From assembly GCA_036149055.1 (NCBI GenBank), contig JAYZQJ010000182.1:1-64000 (forward strand): a stretch of 64,000 nucleotides of DNA, given 5' to 3'. The notes under the pieces were generated by a model that saw only the letters and a list, made by a program, of their open reading frames with translations, did no database searches and was not told the DNA's origin. The translations under genes and the position numbers were made by a program. The stretch's first letter is position 1. Each line of letters begins with the position of its first letter. Source of the DNA: Myxococcota bacterium (lineage in GTDB: Bacteria > Myxococcota_A > Polyangia > Polyangiales > Sandaracinaceae). Shown piece after piece: positions 49,688 through 61,461 of this stretch.

Positions 49688-50173
49688 ATGCAGACCGAAT
49701 TCGTCTCCAAAGTCATGCCGTGGACCTGGTCGGCCAGCCGCCGGGCGGGCTACGGCCTCCTCGCCATCGTCCCCCTCGCGCTCCTGCTGGCCCTCGTCAC
49801 CGTCGGCACGCTGGGCGCGGTGGCGAACAGCAGCTTCCTCCTGTTCGAGGCGCTGCCGGTGCTCGCCTACACCCACGTGATCGCGCAGTTCATCACCCTG
49901 CTCATCTTCGGGCACCTGCTGATGCGGCACCCGAACCTCGAGCGGCGGCACAAGCTGGGCTGGGGCGCCGCCTTCCTCTTCGCGGCCCCGTTCAGCGTGC
50001 CCACCTACTGGCTGCTCCACGTGCTGCGCGCCCCGTCGCGCCTGCCCAGCGAGAGCCGTGAGGTGGAGTCGGCCCGTCACATCCACGTCTACGAGTACGA
50101 CTACACCCCGAAGAAGCGCCGCGGCACCCGCCGCCGGGCCGACGGGGTGGTGGTCCACCGCGTCCCTGCCTGA
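49688..50173 (+). CDS. Hypothetical membrane protein
   Basis: Three hydrophobic segments plus basic tail; start uncertain. Confidence 0.65.
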   Translation: MQTEFVSKVMPWTWSASRRAGYGLLAIVPLALLLALVTVGTLGAVANSSFLLFEALPVLAYTHVIAQFITLLIFGHLLMRHPNLERRHKLGWGAAFLFAAPFSVPTYWLLHVLRAPSRLPSESREVESARHIHVYEYDYTPKKRRGTRRRADGVVVHRVPA

Positions 50174-50249
50174 AGACACCCGCCCGAAGACATCAGCCTC
50201 GGACGGCCGTGGGGATCGCCCCGACGCGCCCCCGAGACGCCGGAGATCG

Positions 50250-50282
50250 ACGCCGACACCGCCGCCGCGGATCGGCGTTTTT
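50250..50282 (+). terminator. Intrinsic terminator
   Basis: ACGCCGA..CCGC-CGCC-GCGG..TCGGCGT followed by TTTT. Confidence 0.55.
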
Positions 50283-50671
50283 CTCTTGTGATCTCGCCGA
50301 TGTCACCGCCCGTCCGCCGGCAGATCGCGACGGATCCGTCACGGCATGGGCGCACGTTCGATCCGTCGAGGACTGGACGCGGTGTCTCACGCGAGCCATG
50401 ACCTGAACATGTGGCACGCACCCCATATCTGCCAATAATTTGGGGGCCAACCACAACGGGTAGTAGGGTCCACGCCGTGACGGTACGTGACGGCACATGG
50501 CGCTCGGGTCGCCACTGATACGTCACGGCCCTGGCACCCGATCAGGGGGACCGAATCCCCCGAGATACGCACTCAAGTCATGGAAATCACGACTCAATTC
50601 AAAAAACGACATCGGCCCTCCAAAAGGGCCCTTGACCCGGCCGACGCAGGCCGGTACCCCAGGCCTTCTCC

Positions 50672-50719
50672 ACACCATGGGTTGTGGGGGGGACGCGCAG
50701 GCATCCCCACTGGTTGTGG
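50672..50719. promoter_or_regulatory. Tandem NrdR-box-like sites upstream of nrdJ
   Basis: ACACCATGGGTTGTGG (50672-50687) and TCCCCACTGGTTGTGG (50704-50719), 32 bp apart; resemble the acaCwAtATaTwGtg consensus. Confidence 0.6.
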
Positions 50720-50853
50720 ACCCCAGGGCACCGAAAACCGGAGGCGAGCGAGCCTCCGGACGGCCCGGGTCTACCCCGACGGGTCTCCCGCCGGGCAGGG
50801 GATTCGTGTGCCTGGGATGGGACCGAAGCAGTTGAAGATGGCCGGAGGATGAT

Positions 50854-54159
<3,306 letters not shown>

Positions 54160-54192
54160 CGCCTCACGCCTGACACAGGCCCAACCTCAGAG

Positions 54193-54230
54193 AACGCCCC
54201 GCGGCCCACGCCGCGGGGCGTTTCGCGTTT
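54193..54230 (+). terminator. Intrinsic terminator of nrdJ
   Basis: AACGCCCCGCGG-CCCACG-CCGCGGGGCGTT then TCGCGTTT. Confidence 0.75.
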
Positions 54231-54453
54231 CCCATCGCTCGCGTCGAACAGTTGGCTCTCGCCAAGCCGCAAAGCCGCAAAGAAGAGAGCAGGCGACGGG
54301 ACGGCAGCTCGCCGCCCCCTCCACCACCGCCCACGCCGCGGGGCGTTTCGCGTTTCCCATCGCTCGCGTCGAACAACGGGCTCTCGCCAAGCCGCAAAGC
54401 CGCAAAGAAAAGAGCAGGCGACGGGACGGCAGCTCGCCGCCCCGTCCACGACC
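54204..54453. repeat. 125-bp tandem duplication carrying an octamer-triad arm
   Basis: Units 54204-54328 and 54329-54453 are near-identical, each containing CTCTCGCCAAGCCGCAAAGCCGCAAAG. Confidence 0.9.
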
Positions 54454-54470
54454 GCCAGGCCGCGCAAGGC

Positions 54471-54542
54471 GAGGGGGAACCCGCCGGCGAGCCTCCATCC
54501 CGCGGCCCCCAGCCCCTTTGCGCCTTTGCGCCTTTGCGAGAG
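54471..54542. repeat. Dispersed repeat: conserved linker plus octamer-triad arm
   Basis: GAGGGGGAACCCGCCGG..CCTCCATCCCGCGGCCCCCAGCCCC then CTTTGCGCCTTTGCGCCTTTGCGAGAG; inverted relative to the arms at 54256 and 54381. Confidence 0.85.
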
Positions 54543-54671
54543 CACTTTTTTCAGAAGCGCCCTTCTCGAGAGGGCGTGAAGAGGTTTCACACCATCATCG
54601 ACGGGACCTGCCCAAACCAGGGCGCAGAGCCTACGTCACGCGCTGGCACGGTCGCTGCCGATGGCAGGGTG

Positions 54672-55238
54672 GTGACCCACCGAATCTCATCGCTGATCGT
54701 CGTCGCCCTGCTCGCCCTCTCCGCCGTCCCGGCGAGCGCTCAGGACGTGGAGGACGTGGAGGGCCCCCGCTACCGGGTCGACCTCGACGTCTTCACCCCT
54801 GGCTGGTTCGTCGCCGCCCGCGACCGGGGCGAGCCCAACGGCTGGGACACCGTCACCTTCCTCTCCGGCCAGGTCGGGGTCCGCGCCGCCTTCCGCGCCG
54901 GCCACGGCTTCTTCACCGACGTGAGCCTCTCGTCCGGCGCCCTCGGACCGGTGTACCTGCTGCACGAAGCCGGCTACCTCCACCGCTTCCGCCTCCAGGG
55001 AGACGACGCCCGCGGCCTGGCCCTCGAGCTCCAGGCGGGCCTCTCGGGCGGCTACTGGGACGGCTCGGTCGCGGGCAGCGGCCCCATCGGCGGCCCCAAC
55101 GTCGCCGTCTCGATCGACGGCCGCGTCGACGCCTTCGTCCTCGGCCTGATGATCCGCCACCGGGTGCTCTACGACGGAGCGCGGACCCAGCAGATGACCA
55201 GCGCGATCCTCCGCGTCACCTTCGGCTTCTGGGGGTAG
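54672..55238 (+). CDS. Secreted small beta-barrel-like protein
   Basis: Signal peptide ending ASA-Q; amphipathic beta strands; aromatic C-terminus (TFGFWG). Confidence 0.65.
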   Translation: MTHRISSLIVVALLALSAVPASAQDVEDVEGPRYRVDLDVFTPGWFVAARDRGEPNGWDTVTFLSGQVGVRAAFRAGHGFFTDVSLSSGALGPVYLLHEAGYLHRFRLQGDDARGLALELQAGLSGGYWDGSVAGSGPIGGPNVAVSIDGRVDAFVLGLMIRHRVLYDGARTQQMTSAILRVTFGFWG

Positions 55239-55293
55239 AGCGCCCACCACGAGAAGCTCCAGCGGCCAGCCCCATACCGCGGCCCCCCCACCC

Positions 55294-55422
55294 CCTCTGC
55301 CTCTCTGCGCCTCTGCGAGAAACCAAACTGCCCCCGAGGCGCGCAGCGCGAGGGGAACCCGCCGGCCACCCTCCATCCCGCGGCCCCCCCAGCCCCTTTG
55401 CGGCTTGGCGCCGTTGCGAGAG
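55294..55422. repeat. Dispersed repeat: two direct octamer-triad arms with conserved linker
   Basis: CCTCTGCCTCTCTGCGCCTCTGCGAGAAA ... GAGGGGAACCCGCCGG ... CTTTGCGGCTTGGCGCCGTTGCGAGAG. Confidence 0.85.
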
Positions 55423-55440
55423 TAAGATCGCCCCCGAACG

Positions 55441-56676
55441 CTAAGAGCGGATCCCGCGGCGAGCGGCGTAGCGCGCGCGCGTCTCGAGCGAGGCGACGGC
55501 CGGCCGGTCCGGGCGGGAGAGCGCGGAGAGGACGGGATCGAGGGCGCGGACCGTCTCCTCGACGTGGCGCTCGGTGTGGGCCGCGGAGGGGCACTGGGCG
55601 TCGTCCTGGAAGAAGAGCACGCCCGCCTGGACCGCGGCGTCGAAGAAGCGGGCCTCGTCGGCGGGGTCGGCGAAGAGGAAGGTCGGCATCGAGGGCGGCC
55701 CGAGCACGTGGGCGTGCACCCCGTGGCGCTCGAAGGCCGCGTCCATCGCCGACGAGAGCGCCGCGCCGACGCGCGCGAGGGCGGCCTGCGGGCGCTCCGC
55801 TTCGGTCAGGTCGAGGCAGACGCGGGCCGCGGCGAGCGAGGCGGCCTCGCCGTAGTAGGTGCCGAAGACGAAGGTGCGGGCGCTCGCCGCCATCACGTCG
55901 GCGCGGCCCCCGACCGCGGCCAGCGGGTAGCCGTTGGTCAGGCCCTTGCTCAGGCACACGAGATCGGGCGTGACCCCGAAGGCGTCGTGCGCGCCGCCGA
56001 TCGCGAGGCGGAAGCCGCAGCGCACCTCGTCGACCAGCAGGAGCGCGTCGGCCGCGCGCGCGAGCCGGGCCACGTCGCGGAGCCACGCCGCGTCGAGGAA
56101 CGCCGGCTCGGGGCTGACGAGCACCGCCGCGACCCGGCCGTCGAGCGCGTGGAGCGCCCCCTCGAGCGCGGCGAGGTCGTAGCCGAAGTCGGCCACCCCG
56201 GCCTCGCGCTCCGCCTCGAGCGCGCCGCCCGAGACCCGCTCGTCCCAGCCGTGGTAGCCGCTGCTGAGGATCCAGCCGCGCCCGGTGAAGACGCGCGCGA
56301 GCCGGATCGCGATCGCGACCGCGTCCGAGCCGTTCTTGGCGAAGGCCGTCGCCTCCATCGGCGGGAGGAGGCGCGCGAGCCGGGTCGCGACCGCCTCGTA
56401 GTCGGGGCTCAGCCCGGGGAGCAGCTGCCCGCGGCGGGCCGCGTCGAAGGCCGCCCGGTCGATCTCCTCGCGCGCGTGGCCGAAGACCAGCGGGCCCTTG
56501 CCCATCACCCAGTCCAGATAGCGGCGGCCGCTCGCGTCGAACGCCTCGACCCCGGCCGCGCGCTCGAAGACCGGCGGGTAGGCGGCCGCGTGGCCGGCGC
56601 GCATGTAGGCCATCACGCCGCGCGGGACGTGCGCGAGGCCGTCGAGCGCGGCCGCGGTTCGCTGCCAGTCGTCCAT
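55441..56676 (-). CDS. Class III PLP-dependent aminotransferase (GSA-aminomutase-like)
   Basis: GRRYLDW, KNGSDA, GYHGW, LVDEVRCGFR, PDLVCLSKGLTNGYP. Confidence 0.9.
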   Translation of the reverse strand: MDDWQRTAAALDGLAHVPRGVMAYMRAGHAAAYPPVFERAAGVEAFDASGRRYLDWVMGKGPLVFGHAREEIDRAAFDAARRGQLLPGLSPDYEAVATRLARLLPPMEATAFAKNGSDAVAIAIRLARVFTGRGWILSSGYHGWDERVSGGALEAEREAGVADFGYDLAALEGALHALDGRVAAVLVSPEPAFLDAAWLRDVARLARAADALLLVDEVRCGFRLAIGGAHDAFGVTPDLVCLSKGLTNGYPLAAVGGRADVMAASARTFVFGTYYGEAASLAAARVCLDLTEAERPQAALARVGAALSSAMDAAFERHGVHAHVLGPPSMPTFLFADPADEARFFDAAVQAGVLFFQDDAQCPSAAHTERHVEETVRALDPVLSALSRPDRPAVASLETRARYAARRGIRS

Positions 56677-56722
56677 CGCCCCTCCCTTACACGCCCGTGA
56701 TGGGCGATGCTACGAAGCGAAG

Positions 56723-57874
56723 ATGCGCGTGCTGCACCTCGCCGGCGAGTATCCCCCGGCGCGCATCGGGGGGATCTCCACGTTCCTGGAGAACGTGGCC
56801 ACCCGGCAGGCGCGGACCCACGAGGTCGGAGTGCTGGTGGTGCGCGGCGAGCGCTACGCCGACGATCCCCCGACCGCGCGAGACGGGGTGCGGGTCGTGA
56901 CGCGGGACGTGGACTTCGGCGCGCTCGAGGGTCGCACGGTGATCGACGGCGCCGAGGCGCGGGCGGCGCTGCGCCTCGACGGCTCCGCGTTCTGGAGCGC
57001 GCCCTTCGACGTGCTGCACGTGCACGACTGGTACGGGGCGCTGCCCGCGCTGGCCTTCTCGACGCGCTCGAGCACGGTGAGCTCGAGCACGGTGCTGACG
57101 AGCGCGCACCTGCCGATGCGCTTCGGTTTCACGTACGCGAACCACGCGGTGCCGCTCCGCGCGAAGCTCCGGCTCGAGACCCTCGGCCTCCGGCTCGCCG
57201 CCCGGGTCCTCGCCCCGAGCCGCTACGTCGCCGCGCTGCTCGAGCGGGAGTACGACGTCGACCCCGACCGGCTCGGGGTGGTGCTCAACGGGGTCGACCT
57301 CGAGACCTTCTCCCCCGGCGCAGAGGCGCGCGCCGAGGCCCCCACCCTGCTCTCGGTCAGCCGGCTCGCCGAGCAGAAGGGCCTCGACCTGCTGCTCGCG
57401 ACCTTCGCCGCCGTGCGCGCGGCCCGCCCCGACGCGCGGCTCGAGATCGTGGGCGACGGCCCGGCGCGGCCCGCGCTGGAGGCCGAGCTGACCCGCCGCG
57501 GACTGACGGAGGCGACCACCCTGCACGGCTACGTGCGCCACGGCGCGCTGCCCGCCCTCTACCGGCGGGCCCACGTGTTCGTCAGCGCCTCGATCTACGA
57601 GCCGTTCGGGCTGACCACCCTGGAGGCGATGGCCTGCGGCACCCCGGTGGTGGCCTCCAGCCTCGGCGGCGCGCCCGAGTTCGTGCGCGACGGGGAGGAC
57701 GGCTTCGTCCGGCCGCCGCACGAGCGCGGGCTGGCCGAGGCGACGCTGCGGGTGCTCGGCGGCGACCTCGAGGCGATGGGGCGGTCGGCGCGGGCGCGCG
57801 CGGAGGCGCTCTCCTGGGACCGGGTCACCGAGGCGATCGAGCGCGAGTACGACCGCGCGCGGGGGGCCCGATGA
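56723..57874 (+). CDS. Glycosyltransferase family 4
   Basis: EYPPARIGG, DVLHVHDW, NGVD, SRLAEQKG, EPFGLTTLEAMACG. Confidence 0.93.
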   Translation: MRVLHLAGEYPPARIGGISTFLENVATRQARTHEVGVLVVRGERYADDPPTARDGVRVVTRDVDFGALEGRTVIDGAEARAALRLDGSAFWSAPFDVLHVHDWYGALPALAFSTRSSTVSSSTVLTSAHLPMRFGFTYANHAVPLRAKLRLETLGLRLAARVLAPSRYVAALLEREYDVDPDRLGVVLNGVDLETFSPGAEARAEAPTLLSVSRLAEQKGLDLLLATFAAVRAARPDARLEIVGDGPARPALEAELTRRGLTEATTLHGYVRHGALPALYRRAHVFVSASIYEPFGLTTLEAMACGTPVVASSLGGAPEFVRDGEDGFVRPPHERGLAEATLRVLGGDLEAMGRSARARAEALSWDRVTEAIEREYDRARGAR

Positions 57875-59028
57875 CCCGCGACGTCGCCCTCGTCTGGCAC
57901 GTGCACCAGCCCTTCTTCGTGCCGGACGCCGAGGTCGAGGCCCAGCACCTCGAGAGCTACGCGCCGCTGCTCGCGCTCCACCGCGAGCTCGACGTGCCCT
58001 TCACCCTCAACGTCTGCGGCGGGCTGCTCGACCGGCTGGCGACCCTGGCCCCCGATTGGGTGGAGGCGACGCGCGCCGACGCCGAGGCCGGGCGGCTCGA
58101 GCTGGTCGCCTCGGGCAAGTTCCACCCGATGCTGCCGCTCCTCCCCCACGAGCGAGCCGAGCGACAGATCGAGGCCGACCTCGAGAGCAAGCGCGCGAGC
58201 CTGGGTGCCCGGCCGCGAGGCTTCTGGCCGACCGACCTCGGCTGGGCCCACTGGCTGGTCCCGCTCCTGGCCGAGCGCGGTCTCGAGTGGGTGGCGGTCG
58301 ACAGCGCGGCCGCGGTGGAGGGCTCGGTGCGCCCGACCTGGCGCGAGGACGTCACCCGAGGCCACCGCGTGCTGGCTCCCGAGCTGTCGCCGCTGGTCGC
58401 CGCCCAGGAGCTCGGCCAGGTGCACCGGCTCCGGTTCGGCGACCACACCGTGCACGCCCTGCTCCGCCACCACGCGCTCAGCTGGGATCTGGTCGACGCC
58501 CAGACCGGCGTGCTGCACCGCCCGGACCGCCTCCCCGCCTTCCGGGCCGCGGTCGCCGCGCACTTCGACTCCGGCGCCGATCTCCTGGTGCTCGGCGACG
58601 ACGGCGAGCGGGTGCGCCCGCGGACCCTGTCGAGCTACCGGGCGTGCCTCGAGGCGCTCCGCGAGGACGGCGTCCGGTTCGTGCGCGGGAGCGACGCGGT
58701 GGACGCGCGCCGAGCCGGGGCGAGCGAGCGCTACCTCCCGGCCGGCACGAGCCTCGTCGACTTCTCCGCCTGGACGACGACCCCCGACGACCACGTCTGC
58801 CTCGCCCAGCTCCGCGCGGTGCAGGATCGCTGGGTGCGCCTCTCCCAGAGCGCGACCGCGAGCGGCCACACCCGCCGCCTCGAGGCGCTCGCCGCGATCG
58901 ACGCCGAGCTGCTCCCCTGCGAGGACGCCGCGCTCACCTTCTGGAAGTACCTGCGCCGCACCCGCGAGCCCTTCCTGGTCCGCCTCCACGCCCTCCGCGA
59001 AGCGCTGCGCCGAGCCGAAGCCCTGTGA
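57871..59028 (+). CDS. Glycoside hydrolase family 57-like protein
   Basis: WHVHQP, SYAPLL, HPMLPLL, GFWPTD, GDDGE; ATGA overlap with GT4. Confidence 0.8.
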   Translation: MTRDVALVWHVHQPFFVPDAEVEAQHLESYAPLLALHRELDVPFTLNVCGGLLDRLATLAPDWVEATRADAEAGRLELVASGKFHPMLPLLPHERAERQIEADLESKRASLGARPRGFWPTDLGWAHWLVPLLAERGLEWVAVDSAAAVEGSVRPTWREDVTRGHRVLAPELSPLVAAQELGQVHRLRFGDHTVHALLRHHALSWDLVDAQTGVLHRPDRLPAFRAAVAAHFDSGADLLVLGDDGERVRPRTLSSYRACLEALREDGVRFVRGSDAVDARRAGASERYLPAGTSLVDFSAWTTTPDDHVCLAQLRAVQDRWVRLSQSATASGHTRRLEALAAIDAELLPCEDAALTFWKYLRRTREPFLVRLHALREALRRAEAL

Positions 59029-59078
59029 GGGTTTGGGGATGGGGAAGCTCGTCCCCGCACCTCCCATCCCGCTGCCCC

Positions 59079-59199
59079 CCTCTGCGCCTCTGCGAGAAAT
59101 AAATTGCCCCCGAATCGCCGCTGAGCGAGAGGAACCCGGCGGCGAGCCACCACCCCGCCGCCCCCCAGCCCCCTTTGCGGCTCTGCGGCTTTGCGAGAG
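59079..59199. repeat. Dispersed repeat: two direct octamer arms with conserved linker
   Basis: CCTCTGCGCCTCTGCGAGAAATAAATTG ... GAGAGGAACCCGGCGG ... CTTTGCGGCTCTGCGGCTTTGCGAGAG. Confidence 0.85.
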
Positions 59200-59217
59200 C
59201 AAAAAAGCCCAAAGGGG

Positions 59218-60063
59218 CTAAGGCAACGAGATCCCCCGCTCGGCGCGGCGGGCGGCGAGCTCGCTCTCGGTGGCCTGCCAGGGAACGGCGCGCGGCGGAT
59301 CGAGCGGGGTGGGCGTGGTCTCGAAGTTCAGCACCAGCGCCGGGCGCGCCGCGGCGGCTCGGTTGACCCCGCTGCCGTGGATCACCCGGCAGTGATGCAC
59401 GGTGGCGCCGCCGACCGGGAGCGGGCAGCGCACGACGCGGGAGGGATCGATCGCGACGCCGTCGAGCTCCAGGCCGTGCACCGCCGGATCGCCGCCGACC
59501 CGGCGGTGAGGGGCGAGGGCGTCGGCGAGGTGCGAGCCGCGCACGAACTCCATGCAGCCGCCGTCCGGCAGGACGCCGTGGAGCGGCACCCAGATCGCGA
59601 TCGCCTCGTGGCGGTGCGCCGGCTCCCAGAACGCCTCGTCCTGATGCCACGGGGTCGCCGCGCCGCCGCCGCCCGGCTTCTCCATGTAGTGCGAGCCCCG
59701 GTAGAAGAGCGGCGCCCCGAGGAGATCACGGGCGAGCCGCGCGCCGCGGTGGAAGAGCGCGGTGTCGAAGAGCGCGGGCTCGTAGTCGAACGGCAGAAGC
59801 TGCTGCAGGAGGCGCGGCGGGCCCTCCGCGTCGGCCCCGGCCCTGGACGCGGCGAGGTAGTCGAAGCGCATGCCGTCCGCCTCGGGCTCGGGGCGGCGGA
59901 GCAGCGCGTCGACCAGCGCGCGCAGCCGGGCGATCTCCGCCGGCTCGAGCAGGGCCTCGAGGGCGAGGAAGCCGTCCGCGTGAAAGCCCTCGCGCTCGGC
60001 GGCCGAGAGCAGCGGCGCCTCCTCCGGCTGCACCGGCCGGCCGAGCTGGAGCGGCGGCTTCAC
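59218..60063 (-). CDS. PhyH-family Fe(II)/2-oxoglutarate dioxygenase
   Basis: FHADGF, TPWHQD (HxD), WVPL, GCMEFVRGSH, HGSGVN..RPAL; GTGA overlap. Confidence 0.9.
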   Translation of the reverse strand: MKPPLQLGRPVQPEEAPLLSAAEREGFHADGFLALEALLEPAEIARLRALVDALLRRPEPEADGMRFDYLAASRAGADAEGPPRLLQQLLPFDYEPALFDTALFHRGARLARDLLGAPLFYRGSHYMEKPGGGGAATPWHQDEAFWEPAHRHEAIAIWVPLHGVLPDGGCMEFVRGSHLADALAPHRRVGGDPAVHGLELDGVAIDPSRVVRCPLPVGGATVHHCRVIHGSGVNRAAAARPALVLNFETTPTPLDPPRAVPWQATESELAARRAERGISLP

Positions 60064-61361
60064 TCGACGAACCGGGGCGAGGGGCCGGCCGCGGCGACCG
60101 GCGCGCGACGGATCATGCGCCGCTTGCCGGTGGGCGCCTTCTCCAGCCGATCGACCCGGGCCACGGTGAGGGCGACGCCGGGGCAGCGCTCGGCGAAACG
60201 CGCGCGCACCGCCGGCTCGATCGCGCTCGGGTCGGGGCGGGAGGTCGCGAAGTCGAAACGCGCCTTGGCGCCGTCGAAGGTGATCGCGTACTGCTCGAGG
60301 CCGTCGATCCCGCCGTAGGGCTCGAGCAGCTCGCGCGGGGTGCGCCGGCCGCCGCCGGGCAGGTCGACCACGTCGGCCACCCTCCCCTCGATGCCCTCGA
60401 TCATCGGCAGCGTGCGGCCGCAGGCGCAGCGCCGGTCGGAGGCGACGACGAGGTCGCCGAGCTCGTAGCGCACGAGCGGCATCATGCGGTTGATCAGCCC
60501 GGTCACGACCGCGCGCCCGACCTCTCCCGGGCGGACCGGTCGGTCGTCGTCGTCGAGCACCTCGAGGATCACGCTGTCGGCGTCGACGTGGTAGCCGCGG
60601 CGCGCCGCGCACTCCCAGGCCATGCGGTTGAACTCGCTGGTGCCGTACTGGTCGTAGACCGGGGCGCCGACCCGCTCCTCGATGGCGGCGCGCATCGAGC
60701 GCGGGAGCAGCTCGGCGTGGCTGACGATGCCCCGGGGCGCGGCGCGGCGGAGGCGGTCGCCGAAGCGCTGCGCCAGCGGGTAGAGGCTCGTGGGGTGGTA
60801 GTACCACCAGATGCCGGGGTTCTGCTCGAGGATGAGGAGCTGGCTCTCCTCGTCGAGGTGCGCGGGCACGCCGACCTTGAGCATCAGCCCCGCCCGCGAC
60901 ACGCCGCGGCGAGGCAGCGGCGCGCCCCAGAAGTAGGCGAGCGAGATGCGCGGGTCGTAGCCGACGGCGTGCAGCGCCCGGAAGTAGAAGCCGTCGAGCC
61001 GCGCCCAGGAGGCGGGGTCGGCGTGCACCTCGAGCGGGGGCCCCCCCGACGAGCCGCCCGAGCGGCGGATGTGCGCGCGGCGCTGGTGGAACAGGGGCAG
61101 GTGCGGGCGCGCCACCAGCGACTCCGGCGCCTCCTCGAGGACCCGCCGGTCGGGGATCGGGAAGCGCGCGAGATCCTCGAGGCGCTCGACGTCCTCCGCG
61201 CGCACCCCGGCGTCGGCCCAGAGGCGCCGGTAGAATGGCACGTGATGCTGACAGTGCGCGAGCACCCGCTTCAGCCGCGCGAGGCGCAGCGCCCGGAGCG
61301 CGTCCGGCGGCAGCCACTGCGCGCCGAGCGCGCTGCCGACCCAGTAGAGAGAGCGCAGCAT
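60060..61361 (-). CDS. Phenylacetate-CoA ligase-like (CapK-type) adenylating enzyme
   Basis: HVPFYR, RSGGSSG, DQYGTSE, MPLVRYELGD, CACGR, IEGRVAD, TGKRR. Confidence 0.85.
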   Translation of the reverse strand: MLRSLYWVGSALGAQWLPPDALRALRLARLKRVLAHCQHHVPFYRRLWADAGVRAEDVERLEDLARFPIPDRRVLEEAPESLVARPHLPLFHQRRAHIRRSGGSSGGPPLEVHADPASWARLDGFYFRALHAVGYDPRISLAYFWGAPLPRRGVSRAGLMLKVGVPAHLDEESQLLILEQNPGIWWYYHPTSLYPLAQRFGDRLRRAAPRGIVSHAELLPRSMRAAIEERVGAPVYDQYGTSEFNRMAWECAARRGYHVDADSVILEVLDDDDRPVRPGEVGRAVVTGLINRMMPLVRYELGDLVVASDRRCACGRTLPMIEGIEGRVADVVDLPGGGRRTPRELLEPYGGIDGLEQYAITFDGAKARFDFATSRPDPSAIEPAVRARFAERCPGVALTVARVDRLEKAPTGKRRMIRRAPVAAAGPSPRFVE

Positions 61362-61461
61362 GAGCCCACCGGGATCTTGGGCCGAGCGCGTTCCCCCGTC
61401 GAGTGACGCCTCGCCCGGATTTGGTCGTCCGGGACCCGGCCCCGGAAGGTAGTCTCCCCGC

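Noticed and set aside
50505..50600. Cobalamin riboswitch upstream of nrdJ (GCCACTG and AAGTCA seen)
   Set aside because: No GGGAA..GGTG..AATCC core or GGGAAGG element recognisable; isolated short matches only. An Rfam scan would settle it.
54204..54542. CRISPR array
   Set aside because: Two whole 125-bp units with no unique spacers, and no cas genes in the window.
55441..56676. hemL (glutamate-1-semialdehyde aminomutase)
   Set aside because: Lacks the PGGVNSPVR-type N-terminus and has KNGSDA; a GSA-like paralogue in a sugar-modification context.
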